Below are positions 11,986 to 24,938 of a stretch of DNA of 64,000 nt, piece by piece. The position numbers and the translations under genes were made by a program. Every line of letters begins with the position of its first letter. Positions within the stretch are counted from its first letter, which is position 1. The notes beneath the pieces are model-generated. The model saw only the letters and a program-made list of their open reading frames with translations, was not told where the DNA came from and did not search any database. Source of the DNA: Coniocarpon cinnabarinum (lineage: Eukaryota); the NCBI GenBank assembly GCA_051942205.1, contig JAVECO010000032.1, positions 62,001 to 126,000 on the forward strand, given 5' to 3'.

Positions 11986-13366
11986 TTTGCTATGAGGGTC
12001 CTACGAATGCGCATGAAGATAGGGAAGAAGGATAGTCTTATAACAGAAGAGGGGTGGAGCTTGACCACCTTTGGGCATAGCACTAACCTTGGAACACGAG
12101 CCACAACTTCAGCGCAACCTACCTGCCTCAAAACAGAGCGCGCCGCACTCGTCTTACCCACAGTCTGCTCAGAATTCTTCACGGAATCGAATGATGCCAA
12201 AATCGGCGTAAATCAACAAGAATTGAAAAATGATGTTCGTCGAAAAATTTAGCGACAGCGCCTAGTCGTCGATGGCAGAGATAGGGGTAGTTTTCAAAAG
12301 TGGGTGGATTCGGCCCGGAGCTGGTGCAAAATGATCGCTGAATCTCAGTGATTTGAGTTATCTATTTGAATTTATGATGCGATGGGTTTGAGATTTGGCG
12401 ATTTTGGTGGGTGCATGGCTTGAGGTGGTGTATGAGAGGCGCTGACGTGGGGCGCTTAGATCACTGGATTTTAGGGCTTAAGAGCCTAAAGTTTGGGGCT
12501 GCGGGGCTTGCGAGGTTGCTTTGCTGATCGCTACGGAGCACGGAGTACGGAGTAGGCTCCTAGCATCACGAGACAAAAACCGAAGTGAACCACAAGGCCA
12601 AGCAATGCAGCCAAGTCGCTTTCAACAGGTATACGGTCTGTTCTTGCAACACTTATCGTCTTGAGAGACTTCCCGCGCTTGCAACTGGGCTGGCGATCCC
12701 TTTCCTGACAGCTCAATAGTCTTCGCACAACTTCGTACGACTTTCTTGAGCCACAACCAGGATGGCAAAATGACTACAGTACAAACCACTTGATTAATTG
12801 GCACGTCAGAGCAATGCCTTAACGGTGCAAAAGCTGTGTCGCAGTACTACATCGTGCTAACATCCATGCTGCTGCTGTTGTTGGTTGGAAGGGCAGGCTT
12901 TGAAAAACTGGGTAAGCGTAATCCCAAATCCTCCCGCCAAGGCGTTCTTGCCCAGTCTCACCTGCATACAGTCCCGCTTGCATCAAGGTCCGAGAGTTCC
13001 GTCAGCATCCTGAGAAATACATCAGGCGCTCAATGTGCGAAAACGGAAAGCGAAAAGCCAACCCCGCGGGCGCCTTGCTGCCTACGATGAATTGTCAATT
13101 TGCACAATTCGAATAAATACTCCTCATTTCTTTGGATGTCATGTCCAACACCGTAGCGTACGCTATCTCTCCTCCGTGTCCTTCCGAGCCTCTGCGGCGA
13201 ATCCTGCCATAGTAACCATGACACCATAAGCTGGGATTCACATCGTCACCTGAGTCGGGTAAGCTGCATTGCTCGTGAATGCATTTGTCCGCATGTTCCC
13301 ACATTTCACTCCTGCACTCCTACTCTCATCGCCCTTTGTGACTGACAGGTTCTAATTTCAATCCTG

Positions 13367-15106
13367 ATGGCATCCTCAAGAGTGACGTCCTGCGTAACTC
13401 AGCTGATGTTGGTACTGTTGTCTGTCGCTGCATTGGCTGGCGCGACGCAACACACTGGGAATCTGTGTCAAGCGCTTTCCCAAAGCCCCATTGGCGACAA
13501 AATCGTCTATCCCACGTTCAATGGTACTTATGCCGCAGACGACAACGCCTATTTTTCTGATCAGGAGCATGCTCTCACACCATCATGCATCGCCCAGGCT
13601 GAATGCACCGAGGACGTTGCAGTATTCATTCAGACCGTGTCTCACTTGCGCCGTGACGGTGATGACGTACAATTCGCCGTCCGCAGTGGTGGTCACACAC
13701 CATTTGCCGGATCGGCGAACATCGATGGCCCTGGTGCCACTCTGGACTTGAGAAAGCTCAATCAGACGACCGTCCAACCAGATCGGAAGCATGTAACAGT
13801 CGGAGCGGGTGCCACGTGGGGTGATGTGTACAGTCGTCTCGATTCTCAGAATCTGACTGTCACCGGCGGACGCGTGGCGGTGGTTGGTGTGGGCGGACTC
13901 ACACTTGGTGGTAATTCCAATTAAGGATCATGGCTAAGATGTCACGCGGCACTGACCACTTGTGCAGGAGGAATCTCGTTCTTCTCTCCCCGCAAAGGTC
14001 TTGCATGCGATAACGTACTCTCTTACGAGACGGTTCTTGCTAATGGCAGTACCGTTCATGTCAATCAGAGCAACTACCCAGATCTTTGGCGAGCACTGAA
14101 AGGCGGCTCTAACAACTTCGGGATCGTTACGTCCTTCGATGTCGTCTCTTTTGACAGTGGAGATATCTTCTTCGCCCAGTCCTACTACCCTCTCAGCACG
14201 GCTTCACAGCAGCTTGAGGCTTTTCACGCATTAGCATCATCAGCGGATTACGACGAATACGCAAGCGTCATCGTCAGCTTTGGCTTCTCGGGGACGCAAG
14301 GGTCGTTTGCAGTGAGCGACCTTGCGTATACTACCCCAGATCTTGATCCTCCTGGGCTTCGAAACTTTACCAAAATTCCAAGTCTGATGACGACCGCGCG
14401 TATTACAAATTTGACCGCTGCTACCATCGAACTGGGTCAGCCTTCCAGCGGTCAGTTCCAACAGTTGTACATTACGACCTCGTTCCAAGAAGATCTAGGT
14501 CTACTACAGTCTGCTTTCGATATATGGAACCAAACAGTTGATCAGGTTCGCCAAGTTTCCGGCATTGCCTTCACGGTCTCGTTTCAGCCCTTGCCGCCAA
14601 TTATTACCAGCAAGTCTGGCCCGCTTGGTGGTAAGCTGCAATCCTTTTCATCAATTTGACTCACTTTGCGACAGGCTCTTGAGCTCTCCTTAAAGTCTTG
14701 CCACTTGTCGTTGGCTGCACTGCGCCAAAAACCTTAAGCGCTATTCTTTGAGCTCACAAGTCTTCGAATCAGCTACGCTAACGATTCGATGTCAGGAAAC
14801 TCGCTTGGTCTCTCGCCCGAGGAAAACTTGGTCAACGCTTTGCTATCAGTCTCTTGGTCGAATGCGTCCGACAATGACTTCATCGAACAGACGGTGTCTA
14901 GATTTATTCAGAGCCTAGACGAGGAGGCCATGTCGCGTGATCTATACAACTCTTTCAAGTACCTCAACTACGCGAACAAAAATCAAGACCCGATTGGAGG
15001 ATACGGAGCGCAGATCAAGGCGGATTTGCAAGCGGTTAGTCGCAAGTATGACCCAGACGCGCTATTTCAGCAAGGCCTTCCAGGAGGCTTCAAGCTTTTC
15101 ACGTAG
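13367..15106 (+). CDS. Secreted FAD-linked oxidoreductase (VAO/BBE-like family)
   Basis: Signal peptide; AVRSGGH (covalent-FAD His), VGVGGLTLGGG, ALKGGSNNFGIVT, YLNYA, YDPDALFQ. Exons 13367-13910, 13968-14630, 14796-15106. Confidence 0.92.
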
Positions 15107-16076
15107 TTACTACCACGTCCCGCTCGAGGAATAGCAAACTGTTATGCCACTACGTGTTCTAATCAATACGTTTCGCTGCGAATGGAATTTCGGAACAAGC
15201 TCATTGACGAGCATGTTCACAGACTTAAGTAACTCGTGTTTTGAACGCCCATTGGACCGGACTGCACTAGCTGCCGTCTTGACAAGACAGTGTCTACACC
15301 TCCGTGCCTCGCTCTATTGGTAGACATCATATCCAAGTGTGTCAGACTTCAGGGATTAGAAATAGATCGCGATTGAGACACCCAAATTTGGGTGAAACAT
15401 CAAAAAATCAAAAAACGTACACAAGGGAGTATTCCCGCGTCGTCACCGACCGCAGTACTAGTCCCCCGGTTACTTGCTTGTATAAGCGAGAGCGGACGGG
15501 ATCGCTAACTTTCAAGTACCTGTGTGCGTACGTGAAAATGATATTTTTTGTTTAAAATATATAGTCAATGTCTTTTTTAGGACCTCGCGATAATATCATA
15601 CTCCGTCACAGATTTAGGTTCCCGCCAGTTGATGCTGCTGATCCGTGGCCGCTACCATTTCTGGAGGCTTGAAACACTACTATTGCTTCAAGTTCACTTT
15701 GGTAAGAGACAGGTATCAAATATTTTGAAGACCTTTTAGATACCGAGTTTGACAAAGAGTAGCTACTATATCAGGTAACTGATGATGAAACGCCGAGCGA
15801 CTGTGTCACATACTTGTAGATATCTGTGATGAGGTTGATCATCGTACAGATCGTTATGGCTACGCCTCATCATGATGCGTCGGGCCTCTGCTCTTAGCAG
15901 TCAGCAGCTGTAGGCTTTCGTCGCAAGTGTCTGTGTTGCGATTGCGAAAAACGCTGGTGCATGTCCCGCCCCATGATGATTCGCGATTAGTTTCTCCCTG
16001 CTATCTGAAATCTACTTCGCTTTTTGAAGCTTTAACTGTACGCAAACACGTCGTGCCTTCATCCTGTCGTTTCAAC

Positions 16077-17756
16077 ATGCTTGCTCCAAACCTCGCAACT
16101 ATCCTCACCACTGCCTTGACTATTGGGTTGGCTTTCATAGCGCAGTTGGCAATCCGTAGAGTTTTCCTAAGTCCCCTCGCACACATTCCCGGACCAAGGC
16201 TGGCCGCGTTGACCCATTGGTATGAGTTCTACTACGACGTAGTCAAACCTGGTCAGTTCGTTTTCAAGATCAAAGACTTGCATTCGATATATGGTATGTT
16301 ATAAAACACTATCATTGATGCTCTCCACTCAACATCCAAGGGTCAATCATTCGCATCACCCCTCGCGAGGTCCATGTGAAGGACGTTGGATTCCTAGATG
16401 AGATATATCCAACATCGAACAGTCGCAAACGTGAGAAAGATTCCTTTCAGCTTCGCAACCTGGGCTTGCCTTATGCAACAGCTGGAGCTCAGGGCCATGA
16501 GCTGCATCGCCGTCGACGAGAAGCTTTGAACCCCTTCTTCAGTCAGCAGAGTGTATTTGCACTCTTCCCGCTTATAAATTCAAAGGTTCAGCAACTGTGC
16601 GCGCATCTAGATACAGCTATACAGAAGCCTGGAGGGCAAGTTGTTAATCTCTACGACCTGTATTATGCTCTCGCCCGAGAGTAAGTCTAATTGGCGAATC
16701 AAACAGGTGCTTCATGATAACGAGCATTGATAGTGTCGTCTTTGAATACTCGTTCGACAAGAAATGCAATATGCTCGCAAGCATCCAAGAGGCGGCAGTG
16801 ATGCGACGTAATCTTACTAGCATGCTTCTTACCGTGAAGCTCAGAGCGAACCTTCCTCTCCTCTTCCAGGCCATCCAGTATCTGCCAGCGTCGGTTGGTG
16901 CATACTTCACACCTCCTGGTGCCAAGCACATGGCGAATCTGCGCAAGGTAAAGAATACCAAAACGAACTCCCGCATAGCACCTTATCCACTAACAGCTGC
17001 AAGGATACTGGTGTCGAGATACAGCAGATCATGACCGAGAAGGCTCAAGGTCACCGCACGGAGAAGCGCTCTATCCTTTATGATCTGCGGGAACATGATG
17101 AGTTGCAGAAACCCGAAGAGCTACCCATTCGTCTCGGTCAAGAAGGCACCTTTCTAGTAATGGCAGCCACTGAGTCCACCGCAAAGACCCTAGGTATCTG
17201 CCTCTTCTATCTGCTTCAGAACCCATCAATAATGGCTCGCTTGCGAGATGAGCTTTTCTCGACACGCGCAACGTCTCTGAGCGAGTTGAGTCGACTGCCG
17301 TACCTGGACGCCGTATTCGCTGAAGGCAACCGTCTTGCATTTGGATTGACTGGTCGAGTTGCCCGCGTGGCTCCAGAGGAGACTTTGCGGTATAAAGAAT
17401 ATGAGATCCCCCCTGGGACACCGCTCAGCATGACTACATTGTGTATTCATACCGATCCAGATGTCTTCCCCGATCCATGGCGCTTCGACCCTGACAGATG
17501 GCTAGGCGAGGAGGGCAAGCACCGGCTCAAGTATCACTATGGATTTGGCAAGGGCGCACGTCGTTGCCTGGGTTTGAATCTGGCAAACGCTGAGCTTCTG
17601 TTGTGCTTGAGCGCGGTGGTGCAATATGACATGGAGCTGTATGAGACGACTGAGGAAGATGTCAGGTTCCACCATGACTTTCAGGTTGCACATCCAAAGC
17701 TTGAATCTAAGGGTATTAGGGCAGTCGTTCGCGGGAAGCTATCCGAGAGCCATTGA
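16077..17756 (+). CDS. Cytochrome P450 monooxygenase
   Basis: N-terminal anchor then SPLAHIPGPRLAALTHWYEFYYD; I-helix AATEST, EGNR (ExxR), FDPDRW, heme motif FGKGARRCLG; three introns. Confidence 0.93.
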
Positions 17757-18723
17757 AGTTGACAAGTTTGACAACAAATATAGGCAGCAAGAACGCTGCG
17801 TATCACGAGGTTGCACGTATTTTGAAGCATGCAGTCTCTACAAGCTACGACTACAAGGCGAAATCGATGGAGATACCGCAAGTGTCAAGACAACGCTCAT
17901 CAGGATCACCTGATTTCTGCTCGGCCGTCGAGGAGATAATTTGCTCATAACGCATTCAACAACGTGACCGGATGACATTCCCCGGGACAGCATTCCAAGC
18001 AGATCCCGGGGCCTAGAAGCAACAACAGCGTGAGCCGCAGATCACCCACCGTTTTCCAGAATGACGACTTGTTATGCAAGCTACCGTCTTTCAGTAAGTC
18101 TAAAGTCTGTTCACTGTAGACAAAATGATCCCTGTTATGAGGCTCAATGCTGTTAGTGTTATAGGTGCCATTGTGCTAGGGGCGACCAACAGATTTGTGA
18201 CTTGGAGTTCACTAACAAACGCTGTTCTCATAAGCATATGCAACTTCTTCGCATCAAGGAAGTTCATTAGACGTGCGTGTTACTGTAAGATTGTGTGATT
18301 AGCGCTGAAGACAAGGTTTCTCCACATCAATGTCACGGCTGTCATGGATGTGCCCGAGCTAAGACCATGATCCTTGCTCCTGCAGTATACAGGGTCCAGC
18401 GCAATTCGGACCAAAGACGCAGGACCTAGAGCCATCCTAGCTTCAAAGGTAATGTAAATACTACGTGCTAAGGTAGCAGATCCTTGCGCCTGTACCTACG
18501 GCACCACACTTGGAGGTCGAGAGCTGGAGTGCGCACTACGTATAATTTAATCTTACCTTCCGTAACAGCGTAGTCATGCGGTGTTCACGACTGTGGAGAG
18601 CAATGCTCTCCTACAATAAGAACGCCCTGCAGCGAGTGGTTCCCTTGTGTTGCCCTCACTCAGCTCGCTACTCACTGAACTTCACCCAACTGGACTTCAC
18701 CCAACAAGAGAGCACCTAGCGCC

Positions 18724-20621
18724 ATGGCTCGTCCTTTATCTGCCGCAATTCTCCTGCTCGCGCATGCGGGTGTGTCGCGCGCTGCGAGCTGCACCGATAC
18801 CTTCACGAAGATATCCTCGGCGGATTGGGTGAGCGGCTCGAATCCAGGCTGGAACCTGGGCAATACTCTTGATGCCATTCCGACCGAAGGGAGCTGGGGC
18901 AACACAGCCGACTTTTCGACCTTTGATGATATCAAAAATTCGGGTTTCAAGAGCCTCAGATTACCCGGTACGTGACAAACCTCACCATGAGCTTTTGTCC
19001 CTATGCTATAGTAATGCTGAACGTTCTTGGTCGTTGTTGACGAAGTCCGCAGTGACTTGGACGGATCACTTTACCGGTGGTGCCCCGGACTGGACCGTTG
19101 ATCCCACCTGGCTGCAACGAGTTTCTGATGTGGTCGATGCGGCGTTGGAGCGCGATCTCTACGTGCTAGTCAACGTACACCATGATGCATCCGACTGGCT
19201 CAACCTGGGCGCCGCTGGTGCCGACTTCAGCGTGATCGAGCAACGTTTCTACCGCCTCTGGTACCAGATTGGAACGCAGCTCGGCTGCAAGTCGTCGCGT
19301 CTGGCGTTTGAGCCCGTCAACGAGCCACCAGCGTCCACCACAGATCAGTTTGCGGAGCTCAATAAGCTGCAGGGCCTCTTCGTCCAAGCTCTTGCTGATT
19401 CCGGTGGATACAACGGCCAGCGTGTCGTGACGCTCGTTGGGCCCGATGAGAACGGCGATCAGACAGACCAGTATCTGGAGCCTCCTGCGAACATGTCGAA
19501 TCCATGGGCTGTCCAGTTCCATTACTACTCGCCGTACGATTTCATCTTCGGTGCCTGGGGAAAGACCATCTGGGGCTCCGACGCTGACAAGCAAGCTCTG
19601 GACACTGATCTTTCCATCGTCCGAGGGAATTTTACCGACGTTCCAATCATCATCGGAGAGTGGTCTGCATCGACTACTTACACCGAACCAGCCGCACGAT
19701 GGAAGTATTACGACGCCTTTATCCGAACAGCGAACAAGTACAAGATCTCAACCATGCTCTGGGACAATGGCCAGGATCAACTTGATCGTCCTGCGCATAA
19801 ATGGCGCGACCCCGTTGCGCTCGACATTTTGATGAACGCGGTGGCTGGCACAAGTAATAGCCTCGCAGACAGCACAGAAGACCTCAATGCAGTTAGTCAG
19901 CAAAGCTCTGCGTATATTTTCCACAAGGTGGGACAGCCAGTGACAGACGTGACGCTCGGCTATCTTCTCAACGGCAATACTCTGCAATCGATTACCGGGC
20001 CCAACGGGAAGCTGGCACAAGGCACGGACTACACCGTAGACGACTCAAATGTCACCTACACGGCGGCTTTCTTGTCGGGCCTTCTCTCCTCAAATGCAGC
20101 GCCTGGGACAAAAGCGACCTTGACACTTTCTTTCGGTGCTGGTAAGTTTGCGAGACACATCTCCCTTCAAGAAGCTTTGTCATCGTTGCTTGAGGAAGTA
20201 GCACACCGTGCCCTTTGATATTCATACTCTAACATGTGACAACCTAGGCGCGGATCTCACAGCCACAGTCGTCCAATACGATGTGCCAGCACTAGCATCA
20301 ACCAGCAGCTCAGCATCCGCCGCCGCAAGCGGGTCCGGCGTCACCATTCCCATCACCTGGAAAGGTGTTGCAGAGCCTGCCGCTGTAAAGGCGCAATTGA
20401 GCGACGGAACGTATCTCGTAGACTCATGGACAGAATATCTGGGGCCATTGCAGCAGGGTCGAATGACGTACTCGTCGCAGTACACTTGGGATGCATCTAG
20501 CGTGACCTTGACATCTGCAGCGGTCCAGGCTGTTGTTGCGGCAGGACAGAGTTGCACATTCACTTGGGAGTTCTACCCAAGGGTGCCGGGCAATGCTGTT
20601 AACTACACTTTGACTGTATAG
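18724..20621 (+). CDS. Secreted GH5 endoglucanase with C-terminal X2/Ig-like modules
   Basis: Signal peptide; GWNLGNTLDA, LRLPVTW, VNVHHD, FEPVNEP (acid/base), IIIGEW (nucleophile), WDNG; two introns. Confidence 0.92.
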
Positions 20622-21300
20622 TAGTAGCGGCGCCATGCATATGAAACGAGGGTCGTTTAGAGTTTTTGAATGTTTCATTTAAGTCTTGAATGATGGACAT
20701 GCTTGGTAGAGAAGATTGGTTAGTGATACTCGCCTTGTCCGCTGCGCGCGTCCCTTCCACAGCACGTCAACGTTGGGGCTCACCATAAGCGTTACAGCCG
20801 CAAGAGATCAAGCACCAAGACTGAGTGAGCGAGCCGAGACAGATTCTTATCCGAAACCAAGCCTGCAATGTAGCCCAGGTGAGTGGTGTCAGTGATGAAT
20901 CTTAGATCTTTCGACTGAACATTGGTCAAGTTTGCCAATTTTAACTCTCTGATACGCTTCGCCGCGGCTAGAACCGCTTGGTGAAGCGGCTCTGCATCAT
21001 TTTACTCATGTCGCTGTTGCACGAAGCTTTCGTCATAGCATCGTCGCCTGGAATCGAGTATAATCGTTAGCCCTAGGTGAGCGGACTTTTGCCGTAGTGG
21101 GGGGTAACATAATGTCGACGTTTGTTTGCTAGTCGTCTGATATCTGCACACAACTTCACATTTGCCTACCATGGGCGCCACTGCCAACTCTCACAGCTCA
21201 ACATTCCCCCACTGTAACACGCTGACACCGACTTTTGAACATCTGCCTCCGCTAAGTACGCGACTATTCAAACCATCTTTGTAGCGTGCGTCACCTAGAA

Positions 21301-22511
21301 ATGTCTTTTCTGACCGTGAGCGTACTCGGCGGTGTTGTGCAGGATCTTTGCACCTTCACCAACCGCATTCCCAGCGATGGCGAGACCGTCGTCGCCTCTG
21401 CGTTCTCAATGGCACCTGGTGGCAAAGGCTCGAACTCAGCAGTCGCCGTCTATCGACTGACGCGACGAAACCAAAAGCGGGTCCTGACTTTGACCAGTAT
21501 TTCTGTCGCGTCGCAGCACAAACATGCCTATGCTGACAACTTTGTAGATGATCGACATGACGGGTGCGAGCCCAGTCGGCAGAAGCACTGCCGTATAAGC
21601 CACAATGATCGAGGAGATGTAAAAGTGCGCATGTTCGGTGCCGTTGGTAACGATCAATTTGGATCAGCACTCATAAAGAATCTTGAGCATTGTGGAGTCG
21701 ATACGGGTGGTGTGCGGCTCATCGAAGGGGGCCAAACTGCAGTTGCAAACATTGTAGTTCAAGAAGACACGAAGATGAGCCGCATCCTTCAGTATCCAGG
21801 CGTCAATGCAACCTTCGCTCCTTCACACTTTTTGACGGCAGAGAGCCTGGGTGGCGGTATCCGCCCAGACTTGGTGATTTGCACGCTCGAGCTGCGTCGT
21901 TTGGTCATCGAACAAGCTATCCTGACCGCTGGCATGGAAGGCATCGACGTGCTGTTGAACCCGTCACCAGTGTACCTGCTCACGCCATCATTCTACCAGT
22001 ACATTACACATTTGATCATGAATGAAACAGAAGCTGCCGAGCTTGCTGACGCTGGACCTGAGGATATGAAGAAGGATATTTGGTGGCGCGGAGTGGCGCG
22101 TTACTTCCTGAGCCTTGGAGTCAAGAACGTCGTCATCACGCTTGGTAGCCTGGGGGCATATTTTGCTAATGAGCACGAAAGTGGGATCGTTGAGGCCGAG
22201 AAAAATTGTCTCATTCGTGACACGAGTGGTGCAGGGTACGCTTCCTTCAACAACCTTTCCGCATCGAACTTGTGATCCAGCCTCATTGCTGACGTGTCGA
22301 TTGCAGTGACAGTTTTGTCGGCGGGTATACTGCGGAGTATCTGAAATCAAAACAGACTGGAAAGTGGGACATCATGGCCGCTGTCAAGGTTGGATGCAAA
22401 GCCGCTGCGCGGGCCATCGAACATGTCGGCTGCTTGGAATCGATTTGTTGGGCGGACGAAATTGACATGCCCGCACAGTTGCGCCCTTCTCACGAGCAAC
22501 AGACTCAATAG
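21301..22511 (+). CDS. Ribokinase (PfkB family)
   Basis: PGGKGSNSAVA, GAVGNDQFG, MNETEA, VITLGSLG; DTSGAG|DSFVGGY joined across an intron at ~22236-22306. Confidence 0.88.
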
Positions 22512-22815
22512 ACAGGCACCTCAACAGTGCTCATAGGCATCCACAATTTCGACTTTCACGATATGTATAGAAGGACATAAGGATATTCACGGGCGGAAGT
22601 ACTCACCGCAATGCAGTTCAATCTTATGCAAGATCCCTGTGGCTTGCGCCGTTTTTTGGCAGGTAAACGCTTGCATGCGCTGTCAGTGTAGTAGTCACTG
22701 GTCGACGAAGGTTGCAGCAACTACCAGCCTGACTACGAGGCTGAGATGGAGAAACGCCTGGAAGGCGACTGACAGTCACATGGCTGAGATGAATGAGCTT
22801 GAAACTGTTCAAATG

Positions 22816-24531
22816 TTACTTCCTTGCGCTTTTGCGCGAGCGACCTCCTCTGCTGCTCGCACTTGTGGCACTAAGGTTGCTTGCGCTCCTCTTCCTACCG
22901 CTTGGCTGAGTCTGGGCGTCTTCTCCCGCAGCCTCGTCCTCGGTCTTGATCGCGTAGTCGCCATCGAGATCGCCTTCTTGAACGGTACTCGTATCAGCGG
23001 CAGGACCGCCATCGCCTTCATCAGCCTGCTCCTTCTTCTCGCCGCTGCTATGCTCACCCGGTTTGATCACGCCCTCCATTTCAAGCTGCTTAATCAGTAC
23101 TAGACGTTCGCCCTCAGCTTTCTCGACCGCTTGTCGCGTTTTCAAAAGTCCTACAACGCTTTCACACAGCTTCTCCATCTCCTCACACACGGCCGGCGTC
23201 TGCATTTGAATAATTTCTGGAATACCTAGCTCGCCAAGGATGCTGGCTATCTTCTGATTCTGTACTGAGCTCTTCGTCGCCGCGCGAGCTTTGCCGATCT
23301 TATCACTGACGAAGCTAATGCCGGACGTGAGCCGTTCATGTGTTGACACGCCAAATCGGGCTTCAGCCCTGGGTGGCAGGTTTCTGGTCCCAGCAGCGTC
23401 CTGCGCAGAGAGACTTTGCCGTTTATGGCTCTGACTGCTTGGTGTTGCTGCTGTGGGGGATCCTTGAGACGGTGCACCGCCATCACCAATCGAACGACGC
23501 TGAGAGGCAGCTTTTTGTTGTTGTTGCTGCTGCTGCTGTGCGGCCGCCGCCTTGTTCTTATCCTGCTGTGTGACACGTTGAAACAACTGCGCAAGCTCTG
23601 TACTGGTCGTGTAGCTTGCGCCGCCGGGTTTGTCATCGGTTAAGCTGTGGTCAATGCGTGTACGGAGTTCACGCAGTTCTGCATCAAAGCGCTCCTGATG
23701 GGCATAAATACGTTTCAGCTCAGCCAGAAGGTATTGCTCTTCTTTCTGCTCCTCCTGCGACCGTGTCATTTGCTGCTCTTTGATCTTCTTGCGTGTCATC
23801 TCATGCTGCGGATTGAACTTCATCATCACATCGTGATCGCGATACTCGGAGTCTGTCATTTGAGAAAGAGGCCTTCGCAAGGATAGCACCTTGGCAGAGA
23901 CGACGAAAAATCGCTGCTTGAGGTCTTCCATCCGTCTCTGCACGTGTTGCGCAGAGGAGTCGTTGGCGAGTGTCCATTCATACCGATCAGAAATGAGCGG
24001 CCACTTGCCAGAAAAATTATCGTACGTTCGCAGCAGATAACGCGTCTCGTCTTCTGTCCATCGATCGGACTTGAGATGTTCCTCGTACTCCTCGTGCGAA
24101 AAGTCAGGCGCACTGACGGATTGGTTGTATTTGGCAAATCTGTATGGTTCTTGGGTCTCCAAGTGCATCTGCTCCATCTGCTCCTTGCTTTCATGCACGC
24201 CATGTTCGAGGATTGCTTGGTCATCGGCAAGCCTGTGCCAGTGTCGCAGAAGGAGTCCATCGGTTCGCGCGTCGTTCTTGAAGGGAGCCATTCTCCATTT
24301 TCTGACTGGGCCCATCATACGGCTGCGCTTGTCTTTCCACTTGGGACCTTGCGACAACGGCAGCGGCGGTGCACGTTCACCCATGAGCGACTTGAGCTCT
24401 TTGTTCCATTGGCTGCCTTCTGGCCCCTTCTTGCTCTTGTCACCACCTTTGCCCTTTTTGCTTGGTTTTGGACGTGGACCCAGCTGGGCCGGCAGGCCCA
24501 ACATGTCCTTCACATCGCGCGTCGAGGTCAT
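22816..24531 (-). CDS. swc4: SWR1/NuA4 complex subunit Swc4 (DMAP1 homologue, SANT domain)
   Basis: MTSTRDVKDMLGL, WRMAPFKNDARTDGLLLRHW, FAKYN, WTEDETRYL..W.LISDRY, MEDLKQRF; 571 aa single exon. Confidence 0.92.
   Translation of the reverse strand: MTSTRDVKDMLGLPAQLGPRPKPSKKGKGGDKSKKGPEGSQWNKELKSLMGERAPPLPLSQGPKWKDKRSRMMGPVRKWRMAPFKNDARTDGLLLRHWHRLADDQAILEHGVHESKEQMEQMHLETQEPYRFAKYNQSVSAPDFSHEEYEEHLKSDRWTEDETRYLLRTYDNFSGKWPLISDRYEWTLANDSSAQHVQRRMEDLKQRFFVVSAKVLSLRRPLSQMTDSEYRDHDVMMKFNPQHEMTRKKIKEQQMTRSQEEQKEEQYLLAELKRIYAHQERFDAELRELRTRIDHSLTDDKPGGASYTTSTELAQLFQRVTQQDKNKAAAAQQQQQQQQKAASQRRSIGDGGAPSQGSPTAATPSSQSHKRQSLSAQDAAGTRNLPPRAEARFGVSTHERLTSGISFVSDKIGKARAATKSSVQNQKIASILGELGIPEIIQMQTPAVCEEMEKLCESVVGLLKTRQAVEKAEGERLVLIKQLEMEGVIKPGEHSSGEKKEQADEGDGGPAADTSTVQEGDLDGDYAIKTEDEAAGEDAQTQPSGRKRSASNLSATSASSRGGRSRKSARK
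23515..23538 (-). repeat. (CAG)4(CAA)4 polyglutamine tract in swc4
   Basis: Encodes Q8 in AAAAQQQQQQQQK. Confidence 0.9.
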
Positions 24532-24938
24532 TCCTGCTACCAGTGGCTACAAGTACTGACAGGAGCAGACGCATGCCACCGATCGGATGCGTGTAAGATT
24601 GATCAGAAGTAACTGGAGGAAAGCGCCGGACACGAATCGGAGCAAACGTCGACAATGACATCCAAAGAAGATGACAGGGCTTGGCGCGCTAGTGTTGATG
24701 CCTGATTGCCTGAGCCGGTCACCTTCCATTTCATCTGCTGTGTCAGATGTAAACATGGATAACTAATTCCTCTGCCGGCGCAAATTCCACATTCTCATAC
24801 ATGGCCCGTCTTGAGTAGCCGGTGTCCTCCGAATAATGCTATCATGAGCGATCTGAGCGCCCGATCTTTCCTCGACCTTTCAATCGTCCTCTCTGGCTTG
24901 ACGCGTGACCGGACGTGTCTTGCGCTGAACGTTCAATA

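Noticed and set aside
20971..20992. Short inverted repeat gaaccgctt-ggtg-aagcggctc
   Set aside because: Single small imperfect hairpin, expected by chance; no tRNA or other RNA context.
23944..24612. 222-aa + strand ORF
   Set aside because: Antisense shadow of swc4.
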